Assembly (NCBI GenBank): GCA_951406725.2
Contig: OX597843.1
Coordinates: 3,348,001 to 3,412,000 of the forward strand
DNA from: Octopus vulgaris
Lineage: Eukaryota
Direction: 5' to 3'
DNA: 64,000 nucleotides
A program made the translations under genes and the position numbers. Below, one piece after another: positions 28,301 to 38,430 of this stretch. Within the stretch, counting starts at the first letter, position 1. Every line of letters begins with the position of its first letter. The notes below the pieces were generated by a model. That model saw only the letters and a list, made by a program, of their open reading frames with translations, made no database searches and was not told the DNA's origin.

Positions 28301-31300
28301 TGTGGATCTCAGTCGGAGCAACTTTCCAGTTTGCCCTACCCTGACTGACATGTATCAATAGACTGTCTCAGTGGGGCACATTCATCCCCTTTCAGCCAAG
28401 GCTTTGATTGTGCAATGTTAATTCTAAACTTACCCAATCACAACATGATGCAAAGCTGTCTAACCATAGACGTCTTTTGTTTTAATATCTGCTCCCTCTT
28501 TTAACAGGTTTAAGACATCTATGTTGCCCTGTTTACAAGATGCCATGAGTAATGTTTCACCATTTTCATCTGTTTGGTGAATATCCACTGATATCTATTT
28601 TTCCTATACTGATTGCAGTCACCCTTCATTTCTCCCCTTGTGTTGTTGCACCAAGCGTTACGGGGTTTCACCCACCCTTTTGTCTCCAATCTAGACAGAC
28701 CAAAACCCTTTCTAATTCTGACTGCTGTGGTGTCTCACTTGGGTGACCCCATTCATAAAGGAATGTGGATCTCAGTAGGAGCAACACTTCAGTTTGCTCT
28801 TCCCTAATTGAAGTGTATCAAAGCACTCTCTCAATGGGGCACATTCATCCCCTCTCAGCCAAGGCTTTGATTGTGCAATGTTAATTCTAAACTTACCCAA
28901 TCACAACATGATGCAAAGCTGTATGACCCTTTCTGTCATGAAATTTATTGAATTTGTGTTACCCTGTTAACAAGCATCATTAGATAAGTTTCAGTATTTG
29001 AATTTATTTGCTGAATTCCTTCAGGACCCTTCCTAACGCCAACCACTCCGTGAGTGTAGTGGGTGCTTTTACGTGATATTTACGTGCATTAGGGGGCTTC
29101 ACCCACCCCTTTGTCTCCGATCTGGAGAGATGCAACCCCTTCTACATCTGACTGATGTCATGTCACACTTGTCTGCATTCATTCTGGGATGTGGATCTCA
29201 GTCGGAGCAACTTTCCAGTTTGCCCTACCCTGACTGACATGTATCAATAGACTGTCTCAATGGGGCACATTCATCCCCTTTCAGCCAAGGCTTTGATTGT
29301 GCAATGTTAATTCTAAACTTACCCAATCACAACATGATGCAAAGCTGTCTAACCATAGACGTCTTTTGTTTTAATATCTGCTCCCTCTTTTAACAGGTTT
29401 AAGACATATATGTTGCCCTCTCGGCCAAGGCTTTGATTGTGCAATGTTCATTCTAAACTTACCCAATCACAGCACAATGTAAAGCTGTATAACCCTTTGT
29501 GTCTCTTGTTTTAATATCTGCTCCCTCTTTTAACATGTTTAAGACCTCTATGTGGATCTCAGTCGGAGCAACACTTCAGTTTGCCCTACCCTGACTGACA
29601 TGTATCAAAGCACTCTCTCAATGGGGCATGTTCATCCCCCTCAGCCAAGGCTTTGATTGTGCAATGTTCATTCTAAACTCACCCGATCACAGCATGATAT
29701 AAAGCTGTATAACCCTTGTTGGATTTTGTTTTAATATCTGCTCCCTCTTTTAACATGTTTAAGACATCTATGTTGCCCCCTCAGCCAAGGCTTTGATTGT
29801 GCAATGTTCATTCTAAACTTACCCAATCACACCAAAATGGAAAGCTGTCTAACCCTTGTTAGATTGTGTTTTAATATCTGCTCCCTCTTTTAACATGTTT
29901 AAGACATCTATGTTGCCCTCTCAGCCAAGGCTTTGATTGAGCAATGTTAATTCTAAACTTACCCAATCACAGCATAATGGAAAGCTGTCTAACCCTTGTT
30001 AGATTGTGTTTTAATACATGCTCCCTCTTTTAACATGTTTAAGACATCTATGTTGCCCTCTCAGCCAAGGCTTTGATTGTCCAATGTTCATTCTAAACTT
30101 ACCCAATCACACCATAATGGAAAGCTGTCTAATCCTTGTTAGATTGTGTTTTAATATATGCCCCCTCTTTTAACATGTTTAAGACACCTATGTTGCCCTT
30201 TCAGCCAAGGCTTTGATTGAGCAATGTTCATTCTAAACTTACCCAATCACAGCATAATGGAAAGCTGTCTAACCCTTGTTAGATTGTGTTTTAATACATG
30301 CTCCCTCTTTTAACATGTTTAAGACATCTATGTTGCCCTCTCAGCCAAGGCTTTGATTGTCCAATGTTCATTCTAAACTTACCCAATCACACCATAATGG
30401 AAAGCTGTCTAACCCTTGTTAGATTGTGTTTTAATATATGCCCCCTCTTTTAACATGTTTAAGACACCTATGTTGCCCTTTCAGCCAAGGCTTTGATTGA
30501 GCAATGTTCATTCTAAACTTACCCAATCACAGCATAATGGAAAGCTGTCTAACCCTTGTTAGATTGTGTTTTAATACATGCTCCCTCTTTTAACATGTTT
30601 AAGACATCTATGTTGCCCTCTCAGCCAAGGCTTTGATTGTCCAATGTTCATTCTAAACTTACCCAATCACACCATAATGGAAAGCTGTCTAACCCTTGTT
30701 AGATTGTGTTTTAATATATGCCCCCTCTTTTAACATGTTTAAGACATCTATGTTGCCCCCTCAGCCAAGGCTTTGATTGTGCAATGTTCATTCTAAACTT
30801 ACCCAATCACACCATAATGGAAAGCTGTCTAACCCTTGTTGGTTCATGTTTTAATATATGCCCCTTCTTTTAACCAGTTTAAGACATCTATGTTGCCCTC
30901 TCAGCCAAGGCTTTGATTGTCCAATGTTCATTCTAAACTTACCCAATCACACCATAATGGAAAGCTGTCTAACCCTTGTTAGATTGTGTTTTAATACATG
31001 CTCCCTCTTTTAACATGTTTAAGACATCTATGTTGCCCTCTCAGCCAAGGCTTTGATTGAGCAATGTTAATTCTAAACTTACCCAATCACAGCATAATGG
31101 AAAGCTGTCTAACCCTTGTTAGATTGTGTTTTAATACATGCTCCCTCTTTTAACATGTTTAAGACATCTATGTTGCCCCCTCAGCCAAGGCTTTGATTGA
31201 GCAATGTTAATTCTAAACTTACCCAATCACAGCATAATGGAAAGCTGTCTAACCCTTGTTAGATTGTGTTTTAATACATGCTCCCTCTTTTAACATGTTT

Positions 31301-32560
31301 AAGACACCTATGTTGCCCTTTCAGCCAAGGCTTTGATTGAGCAATGTTCATTCTAAACTTACCCAATCACAGCATAATGGAAAGCTGTCTAACCCTTGTT
31401 AGATTGTGTTTTAATACATGCTCCCTCTTTTAACATGTTTAAGACATCTATGTTGCCCTCTCAGCCAAGGCTTTGATTGTCCAATGTTCATTCTAAACTT
31501 ACCCAATCACACCATAATGGAAAGCTGTCTAACCCTTGTTAGATTGTGTTTTAATATATGCCCCCTCTTTTAACATGTTTAAGACATCTATGTTGCCCCC
31601 TCAGCCAAGGCTTTGATTGTGCAATGTTCATTCTAAACTTACCCAATCACACCATAATGGAAAGCTGTCTAACCCTTGTTGGTTCATGTTTTAATATATG
31701 CCCCTTCTTTTAACCTGTTTAAGACATCTATGTTGCCCTCTCAGCCAAGGCTTTGATTGTCCAATGTTCATTCTAAACTTACCCAATCACACCATAATGG
31801 AAAGCTGTCTAACCCTTGTTAGATTGTGTTTTAATACATGCTCCCTCTTTTAACATGTTTAAGACATCTATGTTGCCCTCTCAGCCAAGGCTTTGATTGT
31901 GCAATGTTAATTCTAAACTTACCCAATCACAGCATAATGGAAAGCTGTCTAACCCTTGTTAGATTGTGTTTTAATACATGCTCCCTCTTTTAACATGTTT
32001 AAGACATCTATGTTGCCCTCTCAGCCAAGGCTTTGATTGAGCAATGTTAATTCTAAACTTACCCAATCACAGCATAATGGAAAGCTGTCTAACCCTTGTT
32101 AGATTGTCTTTTAATACATGCTCCCTCTTTTAACATGTTTAAGACATCTATGTTGCCCCCTCAGCCAAGGCTTTGATTGAGCAATGTTAATTCTAAACTT
32201 ACCCAATCACAGCATAATGGAAAGCTGTCTAACCCTTGTTAGATTGTGTTTTAATACATGCTCCCTCTTTTAACATGTTTAAGACATCTATGTTGCCCTC
32301 TCAGCCAAGGCATTGATTGAGCAATGTTCATTCTAAACTTACCCAATCACACCATAATGGAAAGCTGTCTAACCCTTGTTAGATTGTGTTTTAATATCTG
32401 CCCCCTTAGCCAAGGCTTTGATTGAGCAATGTTCATTCTAAACTTACCCAATCACAACATGATGTAATGCTGTATAACCATTTTTGTTGACCGTGTCGAC
32501 ATCATCTCCAAATTTTGTCATCAAATATATTGAATTTGTGTCACCCTGTTAACAGGCATA
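19370..32560 (-). repeat. Satellite array 3: 140-bp ankyrin-exon monomers in homogeneous sub-blocks with a ~4.7-kb higher-order duplication
   Basis: 140-bp period over 21.0-22.4, 25.9-27.4 and 29.8-32.4 kb. ORF pairs 22894/27608 and 23838/28552 are both offset by 4714 bp. Confidence 0.92.
20360..20960 (-). mobile_element. Interspersed segment co-amplified with the satellite, possibly a decayed Tx1/L1-type ORF1; related copies near 340-1080, 1750-2030, 3770-4060, 5910-6200, 10750-11400, 23060-23670, 27780-28380
   Basis: Recurrent diverged copies. The minus-strand fragments ETKGWVKPP, KQNRGTVIFISG and EEMKRVMWIEG look like eroded coding sequence. The family assignment is weak. Confidence 0.3.
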
Positions 32561-32649
32561 TTTAGATAAATTTCAGTATTTGAATTTATTTGCTGAATTC
32601 TTTCTGGACCCTTTAAAAAAGTTTTTTTTAATGCAGTCGTCCCAAGCTT

Positions 32650-33505
32650 CTGAAATCTTGTTGAGGTCTGGAAGGAATTTGGCAAAAACTACAACATGAG
32701 GTATAGGAAAGGACTTCACAACAGGTACATACTTCACAACAGGTACATAATTCACAACAGGTACATGCTTCATAGAGCAGAGAAGGCCATTTTTAATACT
32801 TTCAAGGGCTTCATAGTTTATGTGATCTTCTTGAGATCGTGTATAATCAAAGGTAACGATCTTGTGGCCATCATACATATATTTCAGATCAGTGGACCTA
32901 CCATTTTCTAGACGGAGGCCATGCAAGGTTTGTATATAACAAAGGCGCAGGAGTGGCTGTGTGGTAAGTAGCTTGCTTACCAACCACATGGTTCTGGGTT
33001 CTGTCCAACTGCGTGGCACCTTGGGCAAGTGTCTTCTACCATAGCCCCGGGCCGACCAAAGCCTTGTGAGTGGATTTGGCAGACGGAAACTGAAAGAAGC
33101 CCGTCGTATATATGTATATGTGTGTCTGTGTTTGTCCCCCTAGCATTGCTTGACAACCGATGCTGGTGTGTTTACGTCCCCCGTTACTTAGCGGTTCGGC
33201 TAAAAGAGACCGATAAAATAAGTACTGGGCTTACAAAAAGAATAAGTCCCGGGGTCGATTTGCTCGATTAAAGGCGGTGCTCCAGCATGGCCGCAGTCAC
33301 ATGACTGAAACAAGTAAAAGAGTAATGTGATAAATAGGTCTTACCCGAGTTGCCTATCGGATCATAGTACCAGATGATAGATCCGGAATTCGGTTTCATT
33401 CGGATGTCCTGAATAAGCTTAAATTGCCATTTACGACAGGTAACGCCAGGTAACTCCAATAGAATGTTATCAAGACCCTTACGTTTCTTAGACTCGACAC
33501 AAAGC
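32650..33505 (-). pseudogene. rep: Endogenous CRESS-DNA virus Rep (SF3 helicase domain, nanovirus/alphasatellite-like), split by a SINE; the HUH domain is missing
   Basis: 33323-33505: WQFKLIQDIRMKPNSGSIIWYYDPIGNSGKTYLSHY (Walker A). 32650-32943: ENGRSTDLKYMYDGHKIVTFDYTRSQEDHINYEALESIKNGLLCSMK...PHVVVFAKFLPDLNKISE (Walker B, motif C region). Confidence 0.85.
32944..33322 (+). mobile_element. Full-length tRNA-derived SINE inserted into the Rep remnant
   Basis: Head ggcgcaggagtggctgtgtggtaag (A/B-box-like), internal (TA/TG)n, tail atgactgaaacaagtaaaagag. Many copies in the window. Confidence 0.9.
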
Positions 33506-33574
33506 AACGTTCAGTCGATGGGAATGCTAGATTTTCTTGAAAAGCTTCATAGTGCAGTTGTTATTTGTCCTTTA

Positions 33575-33970
33575 GTTGGCCTGAGGCTATAGTAGAAGAT
33601 GCTTGCCCAAGGTGCCACACTGTGGGACTGAACCCGGAACCATGTGGTTGGTAAGCAAGCTACTTACCACACAGCCACTCCTGCGCCTAGAAATTTTTCT
33701 TCATCATCATCATCATCATTTAGCGTCCGCTTTCCATGCTAGCATGGGTTGGACGGGTCAACTGGGGTCTGTGAAGCTGGAAGGCTTCGTCAGGCCCAGT
33801 CAGATCTGGCAGTGTTTCTACGGCTGGATGCCCTTCCTAACGCCAACCACTCCGTGAGTGTAGTGGGTGTTTTTTACGTGCCACCTGCACAGGTGCCAGA
33901 TAGAGCTGGCAAACGGCCACGAACGGATGGTGCTTTTACGTGTCACCGGCACGGGGGCCAGGCGAGGCTC
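33575..33970 (-). mobile_element. Two adjacent SINE fragments (tRNA-head family and (CAT)n-tail family)
   Basis: Reverse complement of the SINE head at 33575-33689, then catcatcat-tttagcgtccgctttccatgct... from 33700. Confidence 0.8.
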
Positions 33971-33974
33971 AAGA

Positions 33975-34420
33975 AAAAGGAAAGCACGTTCAGTCGTAGG
34001 GAATGCTAGATTTTCTTGAAAAGCTTCATAGTGCAGTCCTTTTTTGGTCCTTGATGGCTAGGGATAAAAACTGACCGTTTCTCATCTTGATTGAGGAATA
34101 CCGAATGTCTGTATGCGCTACCTGCTGATAAGAAAGTCAGACGCTCCTATGTCCCTGGCAGCGTTAGAAGAATCATTGTCGATCATGACCTGGATCTCAC
34201 CAACAAATTCAAGGGTTCTTTTCTCACCAGAGCGAGTTCTCCGAGCTGTCATACCTTCATAATCACCATTAGACTCGTCCGGCTTTTTCCGAATCTTCTA
34301 CGCTGTCCTCGGATTGACATCCAAACAATCTGAAATGTTTGTATTGGAGGATTCAGCATGAATGCTAGGCAATACAGCATGTCGTTTCCAAATTTCTGGC
34401 AGTGAATTGCCTCATGATGC
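33975..34420 (-). mobile_element. Tc1/mariner-like transposase N-terminal fragment; a short duplicate lies at ~33505-33570
   Basis: LPEIWKRHAVLPSIHAESSNTNISDCLDVNPRTA*KIRKK...RTLEFVGEIQVMIDND...VAHTDIRYSSIKMRNGQFLSLAIKD, an HTH region followed by the H.DIRY.S.KMR.GQFLS segment of Tc1-like transposases. Confidence 0.7.
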
Positions 34421-35099
34421 TGTTTTTTTCTCACTGACAGTACTCTACTGGCCCTACTATACTGTGTTGTAAAAAAAAAATCAAAAAACTAACAATGCAT
34501 GTACACAAAAGAAAAAAATTTCAATGGCAACAATTTACCAATTGCACTCTGTACACATATCTATATTTATACATATATACAATTATATATAATATATATT
34601 TATACATATATACACTTATATATAATTGTGTAAATCCGGTTTCTCACACTAGATTCATTCAAATGGTGACTCACTATTTCTTTTCTTTGACAATTCTAAA
34701 GACGTTTTAAAATATCTCGGTTCATTCTCGTTAAATTTTCTGCATCAATAGCCACATTACTCTAAAGAAACTTGTCTCTCTTGAAATCTCGGGTCACCTT
34801 TTTCTTGTCCTATTCGGTAAAATAGGACAAACGCAAGTACCTACGGCAGCATTCGCTTCCACCGCCTTTCGGAGCCTTGTGGAGCTTTAGGTGTTTTCGC
34901 TCAATAAAAACTCAATATGCCTGGTCTGGGAATCAAAATCGCAATATGACTGCAAGTCCACTGGCCCATTGCACCTCCATAAGAGTGATATATATATATA
35001 TAAAGAGGGAAAGTATTAAATTATCCGTACTTTCGTCATAACATACCTTTAGTATCACACTACCTTCTGCACATGCGTGCTCATAGTTGGTAATATTGT

Positions 35100-35139
35100 T
35101 GTTATATATATATATATATATATATACATACATTCATTC

Positions 35140-35175
<36 letters not shown>

Positions 35176-35219
35176 TCATTCATTTATATATATATATATA
35201 TATATATATACATTCATTC

Positions 35220-35268
<49 letters not shown>

Positions 35269-35420
35269 CATGCATTCATTCATTCATATATATATATATA
35301 TATACATTCATACATTCATTCATTCCTATATATATATATGTTATATTTTGTGAAATTTGATTTAGTATTTCTAAATTGAATTTTTCCCTTTAAGTTAGGA
35401 ATAATATTCCCTCAAATAAT

Positions 35421-35467
<47 letters not shown>

Positions 35468-35720
35468 TACATCTGTTTGTTGTCTGCACCACCTGTCTTC
35501 ATCTTTTTTTTTTTTTTGTGAATTCTCCATATATATATGCTTACATACACAAACACATATATATACATATATGTGAGCAAAAATAACTTTAATTATTATA
35601 ATTTCTTCTGACATATTTGTATTGTCTTTTGAAGTGTTCATATGTATTAAATCCAATTTTGATTTTGACATATTTTCTCCATTTTTATACTTGTTTATTT
35701 ATACCTATAATGAATATTTT

Positions 35721-35764
<44 letters not shown>

Positions 35765-35765
35765 C
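35100..35765. repeat. (TA)n / (CATT)n / (CA)n microsatellite cluster
   Basis: Seen directly; it explains the YIYI ORFs. Confidence 0.95.
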
Positions 35766-36120
35766 CATAAATAAGCAGCAAGAATGGATCCGGTAATTTA
35801 GTACAATTGTTTCATACTATAACAATTTATTAAAGCTGCAAATATTACAGTAGATATAATATGTCAAGTAATCTTCAGGTAATTTCATATAGGTTTTCCA
35901 ACAATGTAAAGTTCTCAAATCAATTAGTAACATCCTAGAGAAGGTAAATATACCGATAAAGCTGTGGATATGAATTTCAGGAACATGAAGAAGGATACCA
36001 AGCAGACCAAGATTAAGTTCACAGCTCATATATATACATATATATATATAACAGCTTCATTCATAGGTTGTGGACATGCTGGAGTACTACCATTAGTGTG
36101 ATCATATTTTTTGATACATA

Positions 36121-36511
36121 GGCGCAGGAGTGGCTGTGTGGTAAGTAGCTTGCTTACCAACCACATGGTTCCGGGTTTAGTCCCACTGCGTGGCATCTTG
36201 GGCAAGTGTCTTCTGCTATAGCCCCCGGCCGACCAATGCCTTGTGAGTGGATTTGGTAGACGGAAACTGAAAGAAGCCCGTCGTATATATGTATGTATAT
36301 GTTTGTGTGTCTGTGTTTGTCCCCCTAGCATTGCTTGACAACCGATGCTGGTGTGTTTATGTACCCGTAACTTAGCGGTTCGGCAAAAGAGACCGATAGA
36401 ATAAGTACTGGGCTTACAAAGAATAACTCGCGGGGTCGAGTTGCTCGATCAAAGGCGGTGCTCCAGCATGGCCGCAGTCAAATGACTGAAACAAGTATAA
36501 GAGTAAGAGTA
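36121..36511 (+). mobile_element. tRNA-derived SINE
   Basis: Near-identical to 32944-33322. Confidence 0.9.
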
Positions 36512-36774
36512 AACAATTCAGTTCCCTTGTATAAGTTTCATCAGAGCCAATGGTTTGAAGATAGATGAAATTCTGTGTGAAGGGACAGCTTATTTAAAGG
36601 GATTAAATTGTTTATATATCAAAAAATATATATAAGTCAAAACAAATTGTTTGCTTTTTTGGGTTTTTTTAATATTTATGTTATTATATTCATAGAATAT
36701 TAGGTTATATTATTATGTGAATAAATTGTTGGATTATCAATTGTATCTTTGTTGAATTTATTGTTTTTAAACCT

Positions 36775-37380
36775 ATCATCATCAGCAGCAGCATCATTTA
36801 ACGTCCGTTCTCCATGCTGGCATGGGTTGGACGGTTCGACCGGGATCTGGGAAGCCAGGAGTCTGCACCAGGCTCCAGTCTGATCTGGCAGTGTTTCTAC
36901 AGCTGGATGCCCTTCCTAACGCCAACCACTCCGTCAGTGTAGTGGGTGCTTTTTACGTGCCACCGGCACGGATGTCAGTCGGGGCGGCGCTGGCTACGGC
37001 CACGTTCAGATGGTTCTTTTACGTGCCAGGGGAGGCTGGTAACTGTCATGATTGGTTGATGCTTTTTACGTCCCACCGGCACGGAGGTCAGTCGGAGCGG
37101 CGCTGGCAATAGCCACGTTCAGATGGTTCTTTTACGTGCCAGGGGAGGCTGGTAATGGTCATGATCGGTTGTTGCTTTTTACGTGCCACCGGCACGGAGG
37201 TCAGTCGGGGAGGCGCTGGCAACGGCCACGTTCAGATGGTTCTTTTACGTATCAGGGGCGGCTGGTAATGGCCATGTTTGGATGGTTCTCTTACGTGCCA
37301 CCGGCACTGGTATCACAACTACAATTTCCATTGACTTTTGAGCGATTTCAATTCCGATTTCACTTGCCTCAACAGGTCCT
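36775..37380 (-). mobile_element. (CAT)n-tailed SINE with internal tandem subrepeats
   Basis: catttaacgtccgttctccatgctggcatgggttggacgg, repeated ttttacgtgccaccggcacgg units. Confidence 0.8.
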
Positions 37381-37635
37381 CGCAAGGATATTGTAAACAA
37401 TTTAATATCTTTGCAACTACCAGACCATCTAATATATTTTATTATACTTTCGATGTCTCTCAGCCGATACATTACCTATGGTCAACTCTTATTTGCAATG
37501 GTTCCATGTCCTTTCATTGACATTCAAGTTTAGGTTCTTGGTCACAAGAACAGCTAACCCTATTGAAGAGACTCTCTGGTATTTATGGTTGGCTGGAAAA
37601 TACCGAGAAACTCCATTCAAAAATTCTTTGCCTAC

Positions 37636-38430
37636 AGGTGCAGGAGTGGCTGTGTGGTAAGTAGCTTGCTAACCAACCACATGGCTCCGTGTTCAGTCCC
37701 ACTGCGTGGCATCTTGGGCAAGTGTCTTCTGCTATAGCCCCAGGCCGACCAAAGCCTTGTGAGTGGATTTGGTAGACGGAAACTGAAAGAAGCCTGTCGT
37801 ATATATGTGTATATATATATATAGGCGCAGGAGTGGCTGTGTGGTAAGTAGATTGCTAACCAACCACATGGTTCCGGGTTCAGTCCCACTGCGTGACATC
37901 TTGGGCAAGTGTCTTCTGCTATAGCCTCGGGCCGACCACTGCCTTGTGAGTGGATTTGGTAGACGGAAACTGAAAGAAGCCTGTCGTATATATGTATATA
38001 TATATATATGTGTGTATATATATATATAGGCGCAGGAGTGGCTGTGTGGTAAGTAGCTTGCTAACCAACCACATGGTTCCGGGTTCAGTCCCACTGCGTG
38101 ACATCTTGGGCAAGTGTCTTCTGCTATAGCCTCGGGCCGACCAAAGCCTTGTGAGTGGATTTGGTAGACGGAAACTGAAAGAAGCCCGTCGTATATATGT
38201 ATATATATATATATATTTATGTGTGTGTATATGTTTGTGTGTCTGTGTTTGTCCCTCTAGCATTGCTTGACAACCGATGCTGGTGTGTTTATGTCCCCGT
38301 CACCTAGCGGTTCGGCTAGATAGAATAAGTACTGGGCTTACAAAGAATAAGTCCCGGGGTCGATTTGTTCGACTAAAGGCGGTGCTCCGGCATGGCCGCA
38401 GTCAAATGACTGAAACAAGTATAAGAGTAT
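37636..38430 (+). mobile_element. SINE with three tandem heads and one tail
   Basis: Heads at ~37636, ~37823 and ~38028, separated by (TA)n. Confidence 0.88.

Noticed and set aside
1301-28807. Plus-strand ORFs in the satellites (MLILNLPNH..., MSPCLQANIK...)
   Set aside because: They are antisense shadows of the ankyrin-derived repeats and have no independent coding signal.
32944-33020. tRNA genes at SINE heads
   Set aside because: The tRNA-like A/B boxes continue into SINE bodies, and no complete cloverleaf is evident.
37380-37635. Possible LINE endonuclease remnant on the minus strand (GLAVLVTKNLNL)
   Set aside because: Too short and degenerate to support.
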